A DNA stretch of 63,981 bases, filler included, from 10 parts of 10 records of this genome joined end to end with filler, not necessarily neighbours in it; one strand, 5' to 3'. Positions 1 through 12,056 are shown, counted from the first letter of the whole stretch. The notes: generated from the letters alone by a model not told the origin. Numbers and translations: made by a program.

Positions 1-2989
1 GGCCTGGACCACGACGTGAGTCGCAGAACTGTGCAGCAAGAACTAGGCCAGACAAGCTTCAAGTTCAAAATCACCCGGCGTCTTGGAGTAGTTCCACAGC
101 TTTACTTTGCTCAGACTAATCGGCTCCTGCAAGCACACAAACAGCTGCGTGGTTTGACCTAACCCACCCGGATCAAACGCATCGACCTGGCCAGATCCAC
201 CTGGCGAGTAAGGCACAATCCACATGTGGCAGTCCTCGTGGGTGTTGGCGTGCCCATCCCACAGCTTATCGAGAGTCCGGATGTCTCTCTCCATTCCCGG
301 AAGGTGCCGCACGGAATCAGGAATCGCAAACACCTAAGACAACGCCGTACATATCTCAGTCGGACCAACGTTTGGTTCATAGTGTCAAGCTCACCGTGTC
401 ACTGTTCAGCTCCACCAGCTGATTGAAGCAATCGTACAGCTCGATGGCATTAAGGCCCATATAAAAGCAATCCCCCCAGCTGCAGCCATCAACCATTAGG
501 CCTGCTAAACCGAGGGAGAGCACGTGCTAGTGAACTGGAACCGAATAATAAACCCATAAGGCAGCAGCGGAGTGACATAATCTTGTCGTATCTGCATCAA
601 GCCTTAGCCCTGACCACGCTATTGATACTCACCATATCATTGTGGGATGTGCGCTTCACTGCCCGCTCGAACTGCTGGTGAAGTTCGGCGTTGGCTTTTC
701 TCGTAGGCTGGGCCGTGCTCGGTCGCACACTGCATCCCAGAGCTGAGGGTGAATGCCACAGCCACTATTGAGGGCTCTAGGAAGCCATGGGCTGCAAGGG
801 CGAGCACCTAGTCGGTTCACTGCTCTTCTCGCTTAGGTCAAGCAGGTGGCCGTAATCAAAAGCATCCGACGCCGGTGCTTTACGACAGGTAAAACCTGCA
901 ATAACAGATATCAGTACCAATGCCTTTCTTAACAAGCGCCAAGGGACCAGCACAGCCTTGCGAGATTGGACTCGAGCCTAAGGCAGGGTATAGGCCGGGG
1001 CGTTCACCGGCTTGAGTCTTGTCCAGCACCAGGGTTAGATGCTTCAGCCCACAGAATGAATCATTCACCGACGCGTTGTAGTTATAAACCTGCCCCGACT
1101 TGCACTCACAGAGCGCCCCGGCGCACCTTGACCCCCGTGATGCTCCTCTTAAACCCAAGATCTAGCGCCAAAACGTACGTTACGCCCGGCTCCAGGCCTA
1201 TTGACCACATGTGTCCCGGATCCATTGTCACATTGCACCTGCCGCCTGTGAGCGCCCGACGTTGGGCTCGCCGCACCCGTCGACTAGTTGCGCCACGCCT
1301 GGATCCGGGACATGCACCACGCTGCCGTCCGCGTGCTCGGCGTGCAGCGAAACAGCGCCGCCCGAGAGCGGCACTGGGGCTTGATTCTGGTCCAGCACCA
1401 CTAGCCCCGTGAGACCAACCTGCGACAAATCACTGTCAGACAGTGCGCCACCGAGCCGGACCTCGCTGTCGCCCCAGCTGTTGACTAAGCAGATCCGAAT
1501 AAACTTGGTGGTCACCCCTCCCGCCGCCGCCGCCGCCGCCAGTGGCTTCCGCTTTGCCCCGCCCGCCATGGTTGAAGGTCTCTGCTGTCGAGCAGGCGCC
1601 ACAGACTGCGGTACCGGCGCCAGCTCGGCTACAGGGTTGGGCCTATCCCCGGATCAGCGCCCGCCGTAGAGCAGTCCAACCGGCCGCAGGAGGTGGTAGG
1701 CCGGCACATCTCCTCTACAGGGAGCATCGGCGGCCACTCGACAGGAGGCTGCTCCGGCTCTGTGCCATTCAAAGGCTCATCGTTCGGCGCAGAGAGCCAG
1801 AATTCGGAAATGTGCTCCTCCTCCGGTGGACTGGGGTTGGCGTTGGCCGTCTTAGGCCGCTCCGGTACGGGTTGGACCACCTCGGGCTCAGCAGCCGCCT
1901 GCTGCATCATTAATACCTACACCCAAGTCAGCCTGGTGGGTCTCGGAGCAGTTGCCTCGTCGTTCTGCTCTATCAGGGCGAGCGTGGCCGAGTCGCAGGT
2001 GAACAGCGCGAGCTCGCCTTGGTAAGGGTCCAGCTCCCCACTGCTTGGCTGGAGCTGCCCAGCCCGGGTCACACGCCGCACCAGCTGCGATTGCAACCTC
2101 CATTTCGAGGGCGAGAGCGCCGTCGATCGACAGCTGGAGCTCGCGGACTCCACGGGCGGCGTGCACCCGGGCCGCATTATAGTTCCAAACTCGGACCATA
2201 GCGATGACACTCTCCTGGGCTAGCTCTATCGATAGCCTCACAGGGAGCGCGAGCGCAGCCGACCACATCATGCTAGGATCGCAGGTGACAAACGGCGGCG
2301 TGACTAGGCTGTGCAGCCCGACCGAGGCACCCTCCGCCCCCTCGCAGCTCACCTGCACCCAGCTCGCCCCCACCCGGACCCCGGCCCGCTGCCTGGGCCA
2401 CCGACACCGGCAGGCCACTCGCGTCGAACATCTCGAGCCCGGCCAGTCCCACTCTGCTGGCGTCCCCCCAGTTGGAGCGGAGCTCCAGCTCCACCAGCCG
2501 ACCCCGCGGCGGCACCCCCTGCGGCTCTTTCGCGCTCTCCAGCTCGGGCGGCTCGGCCCGTGTTGGCGAGTAGACCTTTTCCCTCCAGTCCCCAGTGGCC
2601 GATCCGCCCGGCCCGTCGAGCATCCGCCGGCGGGTCCGATCGAGCGCCGGCCGCGGTCTGGTCGGGGCAGGGCCGCCCTGGAGCCACACCACCGACGAGG
2701 AAGCCTCCGGCGGCCCGGAGCGGTCGTCGATGCTGTCCAGGGCGGCCAGGGCGGCGGCCTCGAAGTCGGCGGTCGAGACGTTGGCGGCCCGCGGTAGGTG
2801 TAAGAATTGTAAAATAATGTAAAATAATGTTAATTGGTAATACAAGTTACAAGGCACCCCGGCGATGCTGGGGAACGGGGCCCAGGCCGCTGCGGCCTCG
2901 CGGATTTGATGTGGAGCTGCTGCCGCGGGACGGCCTCGCCCCGGGGCTTCTCACTAAGTGATTTAGTCTGTAGAGGAAGTCGCCTCATG
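1..2989 (-). CDS. KATNIP: Katanin-interacting protein (KIAA0556/DUF4457), multi-exon, partial
   Basis: Repeated motifs LELRSNWGDASRVGLAGLEMFD, VRVWNYNAARVHAARGVREL, ICLVNSWGD..VGLTGL, VKLWNYSKTP across ORFs 2273-2857, 1888-2418, 1228-1602, 43-333, separated by short introns; both ends uncertain. Confidence 0.85.
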
Positions 2990-3056
2990 ACAAGAAGACA
3001 CCTGCACAACAGTCACAGCCGCCGCTACTGTGAAATCTAAAAATCCTATGAATCCC

Positions 3057-3156
3057 NNNNNNNNNNNNNNNNNNNNNNNNNNNNNNNNNNNNNNNNNNNN
3101 TTAATTAATTAANNNNNNNNNNNNNNNNNNNNNNNNNNNNNNNNNNNNNNNNNNNN
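3057..3156. other. Artificial scaffold linker (N run + TTAATTAATTAA + N run); also at 11568-11667, 25526-25625, 29368-29467, 32917-33016, 39976-40075, 47638-47737, 54203-54302, 59564-59663
   Basis: Identical 100-nt block nine times, with stop codons in all six frames. Confidence 0.98.
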
Positions 3157-3646
3157 GGCCAGACCAGGCTCCAAAGGTCAGTGTTTGCTGGCTCTTCCTG
3201 TGTTTTTGAGTACGATCTGCAGGTACAGGCAGTCGGCTGGACTGTGCTTCAGGTTTTCACTACAGATGGCAAGTTGAATGCTGGCCTGTGGAAGGTTCCG
3301 TGCTTCAAGGAGGTGCAATGCGGTGCTGATCAGCAGCCTGACATGATGTGTGCATAATGCCTGGTTCAAAGGTAGCGGGCTTGATCACGACCGCTGCCCA
3401 AAACTGTTGGGTGCCTCATCAGTGCTGGTGAGAATTGTCGATGCTCAGCTTGGACCGGACTTGATCTTGAAGTCCACCCCGAAGGACCCAGTGTTTCTGC
3501 CTGAAGGCGGGACCCGGAACAAGTATTTGCGTGAGACTGAAGGGCCCAAGTTGCGGTCGATTATTCCCAAAGGGATGAGCGACGAGGTATTTCTGCAAGA
3601 GATGAACACAACAATATCCCAATGTACGAACATTGTGGTCGAGTAA
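3157..3646 (+). CDS. 3' fragment of a hypothetical protein, possibly the end of a C2-like domain
   Basis: Spliced reading AVGWTVLQVFTTDGKLNAGLWKVPCF joined to ORF 3350-3646; scaffold edge. Confidence 0.4.
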
Positions 3647-3745
3647 TACTAATTCGATGAGTTGAGTTATATTAACTCGATAAAATACCAAGAATCCTAA
3701 TATTGAGCATATATCATCACTCGAGCTCGTGCCACTCGTAACCAC

Positions 3746-5294
3746 TTAATTTGACTTTAGCACACCGATCTCGATCAAATCCTCCCTCGGGGTATTAATA
3801 AAATGCTCCAGCGGCCCTACCGGCGCCTCGTCTACCAGCCCCACCCGCGCCACCCCCGCGCGATGCCGCTTCCTCGCCGGACCCGCCACCCCCGCCTCAT
3901 CATCCAGCTCGTCCCGGGTCCTCTCGGAGGCCAGTCTCTCCCCTTGGATCTCAACCGCCACCCGCTCACACGCTCCGAGCACGCGGATCAGATTCAGTCC
4001 CAACAGCTTGCCCAGCTCTTGCTCCTTGTACCCTCGACAGATCAGCTCGGCGGTCAGATCTGGCAGCCGGTTAATTAATATCGAGTCGAGATCACAAAGC
4101 CCACCAGGCAGTTTGGAGACATCTTCGAGCCCAACCGCTGCGTGCTTGATCCCGTCAAAATCGGCCCCGATCCCAACGCAGTCGATCCCGGCCACTCGTC
4201 GAATATAATCGATGTGGTCGGCAACGTCGTGCAGAGAGGCGGCCGAGTAGCCATCAGCGTCATCCGGGTCACCTGAATTCGACCGTGACCCCCAAACCGG
4301 CCATACAACCGTCACCAGACGCCGGAGCTTTCACAAAGCTTTGATTAAAGTTGACCAGGCAAACCCCATTATTCGCCCTCAACAGCTCGAGCACGTCATC
4401 CGGCACGTTCCTGTCTGTCCGTTAGTGCCGTTGCAGGCAAGAAGTCGCCTACCGAAGGTGCGGACACACACCCCGAGCTCCCGAATGCGAGAATATCACC
4501 TACACAGTCCGTTAAATAAAAGCGGTTGGGGCTAGATACGGGGGCTCTGCTCTCCCTGACCGCCCTTCGCATCGTGTCGGCGTGCACGTGCGACAAGTCG
4601 ACCAGCATCCCGAGTCGGTTCATCTCCCTCACAACTTCGCATCCAAACTCCGTCAGCCCATCCAGCCGCGCCCGCTCAGACACCCTCCGGCCGTCCATCG
4701 AGTACGCGGGAGTGGCCCAGCCCGGCCCGCCGTTGTGCGTGAGAGTCATGTACCGCACCCCTATCCTGTACAGCATCCGGAGCACCCCGAGCGAGTTGTT
4801 AATCTGGTGCCCGCCCTCCGCCCCGCACAGGCTGGCGATCTTGCCCTGCTCAAAAATCCGGGTCACGTCAGCCGCGGTCCAGGCGAACTCGAGCCGCTGC
4901 CCAGCGCTCAACGGACTCCGAATGAGCGCACCGTCGGGTATTTCTCGCACAGCCGGTGGACTAGGTCCACCTGCTCCAGCGTCCTCTGCACCGCGGTGGG
5001 CCCAGCCAGCCCAGCCGGCACGTACACCTGCCGCCGCCGGGCTCAGGCCAGATCTGTTTATCGACGGACGCTCCAGAACTGGGCACCGGCCCCGCCCTTG
5101 GCCAATCTGGCCAGGTCGGTGTGCAGCTTGCCGGCCGACAGCTTGGGGAGCTCTAATTGGGTCAGGTCCTGGAGCAGGTCGACAGAGGCGAGCCGGGAGC
5201 CGAAGCCGGTCCGAAGTGCCCAGGGCAGGTCGTTGTGCCCGTCAAAGAGGGGGAACTTGCGGTGACACTCCTGGGCTCGTCTCTTCGCCTCCAT
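3746..5294 (-). CDS. Membrane dipeptidase (peptidase M19), cytosolic type, about 6 introns
   Basis: [75 protein letters not shown] introns of 42 and 35 nt restore the frame. Confidence 0.93.
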
Positions 5295-5365
5295 TGCCAG
5301 CAGATCCTAACGGACCTCCGCCTGGTTCGGGCCGGGGGGAGTTCGGGGGAGCTTTGACCACACAC
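5295..5365. promoter_or_regulatory. 71-bp bidirectional promoter with TAACGG (5308-5313)
   Basis: Divergent ATGs at 5294(-) and 5366(+). Confidence 0.6.
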
Positions 5366-6005
5366 ATGCCGAGCACCAAGCGCAAGGGGTCGGACCTGAC
5401 GGGAAAGCGGGTGAGCAAGCAGCTGGCGGGCCAGGGCGCCTTCCTGTTCGTGGGGACGGTGGTGGCCCAGGACGGCGAGGCGGACGCCCAGCGGTACCAG
5501 GTCGAGTACGACCTCGGCCAGGATGGGTGCAAGGCCGCAAAGCACGAGTGGCTCACCGCCGACGAGCTCGCGCCGCACCTCACGGAGGACGAGGCCCCGC
5601 CGACCGAGCCGAGCGGCTGCCGTTGGAGCAACCAGTACGTGAGCGCCGACTTTTTGAAGCACCACCCGGAGCAGGAGAGCAGCTGGCTGCCGGTGGACGA
5701 GCGGTTCGAGGGCAAGCTCTCGCCCCAGTCGGGCAAGGCGCTCCGGGCGCTCAACGAGCTCTACTCTGGTGGGCCGGGCAGGTGGCCGGGATGAGCCGCG
5801 TGTGCTGGCAGGGCTAGACAACGCCTGGAACTCCGGCTGGCGCTGGATGCTTCTCCCGAACAATCATATGTGGTACCCGCCCAAGCACGAGAGCCCTGAG
5901 TACGCAGCGACCGTCAAGAAGTACGCGCGGGGCGGCAAGAACAAAATGTCGATCAAGTCGCCAGACGTACACCATGTTCTGGCGGTGATCGCTGCTCTCA
6001 TCTAG
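5366..6005 (+). CDS. Hypothetical protein with N-terminal Tudor-like domain
   Basis: LTGKRVSKQL..FVGTVV..RYQVEYD..EWLT pattern; one GT-AG intron near 5769-5811; 3' end uncertain. Confidence 0.55.
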
Positions 6006-6724
6006 AGCAATCACAAGCAGACCCAGCCCGGTCGCTGCCCTGCGGGGCGGACCGGGCGTTACGTAATCGTGTCAGCGCCATTGATGTTGAGCTCGGAGAT
6101 CTCGGTTTCTCAAGCTTGACCTGTCCAATCGATCGCGTTCCAACCGCCACTGCCCCATGCCTGATCTCCAGTCCTGACCCTCCATGGCCAGAACCGGGCT
6201 ATAGCCCAAGCTTGTTGTGTACAGCTGCCTCAACGCATCCATTGTGTTGAGCTGAATAAGTATTTTTGCGTCCATGGGCTGATCAGCCTACGTTACACGA
6301 TGAATGATTCGTTACGTATATCAATCATTGAAGATTAACATTCTTTTTTCAGTCGGTCACTCGTCACAATGTCAATCTGAGACTTTGAGTCAGGTGCAAG
6401 CAAAGGCGACGTCGGCTAAGGGGAGCGGTTGCTCCTCCGGGCGGGCTGATCGTGCTCAGGCTAAGATGAGTAAGATCGCAATGTGCATGCCGTCGATTCC
6501 ATGGCGCAGACATCGGGACCGAACCTCTTACCAGTCTTCTCGCCGCCGTGAAAGCACGAGTAATGAGCCTGTAGCCCGAGTTGACTCTTATCGATGCCGA
6601 AAAAAAAAGAGACAGAAAATCTGGAACATAACGGTGATCGAATCATTGTCATTTCATCCATTTATCTTCATTCATATCAGACGGAGCAGCCGCACACGCG
6701 ACACACGGCACGTGGCAAAGCGTC

Positions 6725-6780
6725 AGGATTTATCCGCAGTGCAGTTTCCATGATTTAACCGCACCGCTTCATCGGTCCGT
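6725..6780 (-). promoter_or_regulatory. Eukaryotic SECIS element in the 3' UTR of the PDI-like gene
   Basis: Minus strand reads ATGAA-GCGGTGCGGTT-AAA TCATGGA-AACTGCACTGC-GGAT: UGAN/NGAN core, 11-bp helix II (9 Watson-Crick + 2 G-U pairs), apical AAA; about 70 nt after the TAA stop. Confidence 0.9.
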
Positions 6781-6841
6781 CAGCTGAGCCTATGCGATGC
6801 ACAGAGTGTGCAGCCTCGCCGTCCGAGTGTTGGTCAGCTGC

Positions 6842-7608
6842 TTACATCTGCTTGAGGATGTTGATGCGCTGGTGGAGCCACTGCTTGAGCTCGGCCTTCA
6901 TGGTGCCCTTGCCTGCCCCGCCTGTGAGCCGCTCGGCCAGCAGGGCGAGACTCACTGGCCATCCCGCCTAGCCGAGTCAGCTCCTTGTCGTTCGCAGCCT
7001 TGTCCATACCCTTGCGCTTCTCGATGTACTTGGTCTCCTTCTCGGTGCAGTCCTGCCCCGCCATCACCTCCGGTCCGGGCGGGCCGCACCTTGGGGTCCT
7101 CCACAACGCACTTGGCTTCAAGGTTCTCCTCAACGAACTTCTTCATGTCATCAAACGAGCGCCCGGCGCTGTCCGGACCGTCAGCCGACCGGAGGCCAGC
7201 CGGGTCACTTGTAGTCTTTGACTTCCCCGTTCTGCCAGTACTTGATGGTCGGGTAGCCCTTGACGTCGTGCTGCCCCCCCGCCTGATGAGCTCCGACCGG
7301 CCGGCGCGCACCTTGCCGCAGAGGTCCTGCTCCTTGGTGCAGTCCACGTCGACGATGTTGACCGATGACGACGCGGCGTACTCCTCGCCGAGTTTGTCAA
7401 AGGCCGGTTTCATCGACTTGCAGTGTCCTCACCTGCCGGCTCATCAGGGCTGGCCCGGGCCCGACGCGGACCAAGGCGCGAGGAACTTGACAAGCGAGTT
7501 CTTGCCGCTGTTGATCACGACGTCATCGAAGTTGGCGCTGGTGCACTCCTGCGCTGCGAGCGCGCAGCCGGCAGCCGCGAGAAGCAGCACGGCGGTGCGA
7601 AGCATCAT
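6842..7608 (-). CDS. PDI-family selenoprotein (signal peptide, one thioredoxin domain with WUGHC, ERp29-like helical C-terminus)
   Basis: MMLRTAVLLLAAAGCALA; VKFLAPW[intron 7433-7471]UGHCKSMKPAFDKL; VDVDCT; DVKGYPTIKYW; WLHQRINILKQM*; five introns; in-frame TGA at 7429-7431. Confidence 0.92.
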
Positions 7609-7976
7609 TGTTGTAGATCGCGAGGACCGGTGACGTCGCCAGTCGCAACGGAGTTTTTGCACCAACCTGCAGAGACAGATCCCACGATCCGAGACCCAAC
7701 CGGTCGCAAGTATTTGCGGCCCCTTGTAAAGCAAGTACAGAGTCCATGGTTCTAGGGGTGTCTGTCCTTCGCATGAGACGGACCTAGCTATACAATTAAC
7801 CTTTCTAATTCTACTTCTTATTTCTTTATGCTAAAAGGCGAGATGTGTGCCTTAATTAAAACGAACCCCGTGGCACAAGCCTATACGTCTACATGGGTGC
7901 GGTGGGCGACTCTCTGGCTTCTGGCGCCGGCACCACTTACTACGCTGCGATAGTCCACGACTCGACGGCTTGGTGC

Positions 7977-9098
7977 TCATGGGCTCGCAGCAGTCGCGTT
8001 CAGCTGCCTCACCTTGCTCGCCAGCTCCTTCTGCTCGTCCAGCAGCTTCTGCAGCTGCTCATTCAGCTTCTTCTGCTCGGCCTTGTCCTCCGTCACCAGT
8101 AAACTCTAACCCCCCGCGCTCAAACCGCTGCGGCGCCGACCGACGCACCTCCTGAATCTCCTCGATCTGCGCCGCCACCTCATTGCACGCCGCGGTGTTC
8201 TGGGTGATAGCCGAGTTGCGCGCCTTCTCCTCCCGCTGCTTCTTCCGGGCCCGAGCCTCCTCGGCCAGTTTCTTCTTCTCGAGTGCAGCGTCTGCCTTCG
8301 CCTTCTGCTCCGCAGCCATTTTATTGAATTCGCGCACCTGCGACGCACTCAGCCCGGGCCGGGCCGATCAGCTGCCTTGGTGGCGAACGTGGCCTGCTTG
8401 GCCTCCAGATCCGCCAGCTCCTTCTTTGTCTTGTCATCGCCGCCATTCTCCAGTATCGTCTGTAGCCCCACGGCTCCAGCGCGGCCACAGCCGGCACAGA
8501 CCTCCTGCAGCTGCTCAACTTTCTCGGCCAGCGCCTGGGTGGCCTTAGTCAGCTCGTCCACGTGTTCCTGCCCCAGCTCGCCCCCGGCCGCAGCCCGAGT
8601 CGCGCCTTGGCCGAAAAGTCGAAGGTCTTGAAGAACCAGCTCTTAAACTGCTCGATGGTCCATTTGAGCTTCTCCATGTCGCCCGCCCCCAGAACCTGGC
8701 TCGCCTCGCCCCCAGCCCCGGCCAGAGCCGCACCGCTTCCTCTATGCTCTCGACCGTTGCCTCCAGTTGGAGGTTTACCTGACAATCGCTCGGCCGACCG
8801 CTCAGCCGGGCTCGGGCACGATCAAGTTGACAGTGAGCTGCTTGAGCTCATTGGTGGTGTTCATCGTGCCGCTCAGGTCCAAATCGTCTGCCAGCGGCTC
8901 AGCCCAGCCACAGCTCCGCAGGCACAGCGGTTGAAGAAAGCTCGGATCATCTCGTGCGGAGGGATCAGCTGCCACCCGCCCGGATCGGCCGGCCCTAGGC
9001 AGCCGGGCCACCACTTTGCCCTGCCCGTCCACCGGCGGCGACTTCATCAGGCCCTCCAGACCCGCCAGGATCTGGTCCGGTGTCTGAGCACCTTCCAT
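7977..9098 (-). CDS. Hypothetical coiled-coil protein, multi-exon
   Basis: Exons join into a continuous K/E/A-rich helix through GT-AG introns and two GC-AG introns (8338-8375, 8568-8605). Confidence 0.65.
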
Positions 9099-9151
9099 TA
9101 GGCAAGCAACGGCTGATATCGTTATTAGCCCAAGTAACGGTTTCGATCGAA
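9099..9151. promoter_or_regulatory. 53-bp bidirectional promoter with CAACGG (9107-9112) and TAACGG (9135-9140)
   Basis: Divergent ATGs at 9098(-) and 9152(+). Confidence 0.5.
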
Positions 9152-9528
9152 ATGCGCATGCTTGCAAAGACGAGGACCGGCTCCGGGGGCCCGACCCGCT
9201 CATCGCAAGACTCGGACGACGGATTGCCGGGGTGGTCGTGCGCTATCGCGTACACCCCCGGCCGGGAGGGCCTCCGCGGTGCTGCAGCCTGCAGGCCTAG
9301 GCCAGTGGCGACTTCGGGGCCCCCCGGGCGAAGCTCTTGCTCTCCTTCCTCCGCAGTTGGATGAAAGCGGAGTCGGAGACCGCCGTCTGGGCCCTCGTCG
9401 AGAGGTACGGCGCCAAGCACAAGGCTGCCCTCCGGGAGCAGCTCGCGCCGTTGCTGGAGTCGATGCGCGCCGCAGAAAACGTGGCGGCCGCCTCCCGAGT
9501 CGCGGCCGGCGCCGGAGGAGGAAGGTGA
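9152..9528 (+). CDS. Small hypothetical protein (likely one intron)
   Basis: Coding-like 3' exon SWMKAESETAVWALVERYGAKHKAALREQL. Confidence 0.4.
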
Positions 9529-9829
9529 CAACCCCACCCGAACTAGACCTCCACTCTTCTAGGCTTAACCCATGCAAGAGTAAGCACTTACGCCGGATCT
9601 AGCCCTCAGTGGGGCGCCACGTTTATTCACGTGGCTATGCCATAGCTCAGCTACGGTTGTAACTAGACTACGTACTATCCTCTTCTGTACGTACCCAACT
9701 CCTCCTAATTCTACCAGTAATGACCCGTAGGACCCCATCATTGGTCATGAATTGATGGGCATTAGTCGACAAAATCTCGTTCTTGTCGCAACACCCGATG
9801 ATGAATGCTCGTCGTCGGATCCGGACCTT

Positions 9830-11567
9830 TTAAAGGTATTTGGCATAGTGTCTTTGTGCCTGCTCGACGCCTTCATCCCGTATCCAATGATTGTGCTTCA
9901 TGTCGGGGATATAGTATGTCTCAAACTTGCCCGCCTTCTTCATTTCTTGCAAGGGCAAGAGGTCCTTGATGTAGCTCTGATCCCAATGCTCTGTGTCCTT
10001 ACAATTACGGCTATTGTGACCACAGCCCTTTTTGTAATAGCCAAACACTGTCGACACAGTTGGCACAATGGCCTCGTCATCTGGTGAGCCCATGAAGATA
10101 GCGTGGTCGAGTTTCTTGAAATTTGCTGTGAATTGCGGGTTTTTGTTGAAACCAGTCTTATCTCCAGGGTAACTACACTTCTCCAACAAGCTCTTCTTTT
10201 TGCAGCCGTTCGTCTTGGGTGTACAACTAAAGAGTCCACTTGCACGACAGGATTCAGCAGGAGCTTCGTTGTTGATGCGGGCTAGAACAGTCCATCGCCG
10301 ATACTCCCTTTCTCCCGCTGGGGTGTCACGCACATGCCAGTAGTTTGCGACGGAAAGCATTTTCTGCGCAACCTCGTTGTACATGCCTACATGAAGTATA
10401 TGCTTCAAAGGTCCAGGGAATTGAGCCAGCCAACTCCCGTAGCCTTCTACTCCCATTTGCGGACTAGCTAGCGAGATAAAGGTTTTCACAGGGTGATCGT
10501 GCCAAGTCGTAATGAGGTAACGGCAGGTGAGGCCACCTTGAGAGTGGCAGATGAGGTTGACGCCATCTGGGCAGCGGTGGTTCGAGCAGTGTTTCTTGAT
10601 TTTGGCCTTGACTAAATCTGCTTGATCCGGGATCCTTTCCATAGATTGCTTGTCGTTAGCCACATCAAGGCTTTCCCAGTAGACATCGGCGCCCTTGAGA
10701 TTATTTTCCAGAAGGTTGCCTGTTGTCTCGCTCGCCATGATGCCATGCATGAAGAAGGTGGGCCTGGTGGTCTTGAAGAAGGGGCCTTCGTAGGTCGACT
10801 CGTACCGCTTCGTAGAACTATGGGTTTCCAGCAGCTCGCTGCCTCGGCTGCGACTCGCTTGGCACTCGGCCAGCCGGGCAATGAGCTCCTTATCGTTCTC
10901 CAGGGCCACGTCGCATCCAAGATCGCTGATTTGGTGTAGCGCAGCGCCCATCGCCCAGCCTAGCTTTACGCCGTTGAGTTTCCGGCTGGATGTGACCAGC
11001 CCGGCTGTCGCTGGATCAAACCCATAACCGTCCACCAGCAGCGTGTACATATACGCAGCGCCGAAGCAGTACCCCACAGCGTATTTAGTGTCGTGTGCTC
11101 CACTTTGAGCGCACCAGTCTAAAGCCTTGGGCAGCATCTGGGCCAGTGTGCCATTCCACACTCCATTCCGACTGACTAATCCTATCCCGTTGAGTGTGTA
11201 GAAGAATCCGGACATCGCGAAGAACTTGCCGCGGAGCGCTGGCTGGTACCTACAATAGAGAAGCTCAGTTACTATTTGACACAGTGCCTAGTACCGGCCA
11301 TTGATGGAGCACGGGCGCTGCAGGCAATCGTATTCAGGTACAACCCCCAGCAAATTGCGCACGATCACCGACCGGCAAGCGGTGTAATTGCCTTTGCCAG
11401 TCACGCTGAGGCTGACAGGCCCTCCATAACTCGAGATGTCTACCAAGCCGCTCCAGCCTGGCCGATGGCAAACCGACTCCACACTGTCAGACTGAGTCTC
11501 CCGGTGAATCGCTGCCAGAAACCGGAGCACCGCCTGATCTTGCCCGGAGCGCATGTGGGTCTGAGCA
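9830..11567 (-). CDS. GDA1/CD39 NTPDase (C-terminal part) fused to a PPT2-like palmitoyl-protein thioesterase; 5' partial
   Basis: CSINGR|YQP..GKFFAMSGFFY, YCF..Y...LL.DGYGF and ACR5 LGWAMGA, then in the same ORF FFMHGI, CHSQGG, FISLASPQMG, SVANYW, SPDDEAIVP, KHNHW. Confidence 0.85.
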
Positions 11568-11667
11568 NNNNNNNNNNNNNNNNNNNNNNNNNNNNNNNNN
11601 NNNNNNNNNNNTTAATTAATTAANNNNNNNNNNNNNNNNNNNNNNNNNNNNNNNNNNNNNNNNNNNN

Positions 11668-12056
11668 GGCAGGTGGAGGCTATGAAGGCCACCAACCAGG
11701 TGATGCAGAACTTCTTCAACGAGGACGGGTTCGACATGGACGACATAATGGACACGATGGAGGACATGGGTGACCTGCTCGACCAAAACAACGAGATCCA
11801 GGAGATAATGGCTGAGAGCTATGGCGTTCCGGATGACTTGGACGAGGACGAACTAATGGACGCGCTGGACTCGCTGGAGGCTGATATGGCTGAGGACGAG
11901 GCGCTCGGGCTCGGCGGCCAGCAGGAGCCCGACTATCTATCAGTTAAGCCGCTTGCGACGCCAGGGATTGGGCAGCCGGCGGCTACAAATGAGCAGTTGG
12001 ACGAGTTTGGGCTACCGGTTCCGCCGACCCACGTGGCCCAACCGATTCCACAGTGA
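11668..12056 (+). CDS. CHMP5: ESCRT-III Vps60/CHMP5 (Snf7 family), C-terminal part
   Basis: VEAMK..DDIMDTMEDMGDLLDQNNEIQEIMAESYGVPDDLDEDELMDALDSL..PDYL..LDEFGLP. Confidence 0.85.

Noticed and set aside
3057-3156. TTAATTAATTAA repeated nine times as a biological repeat
   Set aside because: Always centred in identical N padding; an artificial concatenation linker, so no cross-linker synteny was inferred
6072-6753. ORFs 6072-6275(-) and 6304-6753(+)
   Set aside because: No motifs and weak codon bias, partly overlapping the PDI 3' UTR; cannot be supported as genes
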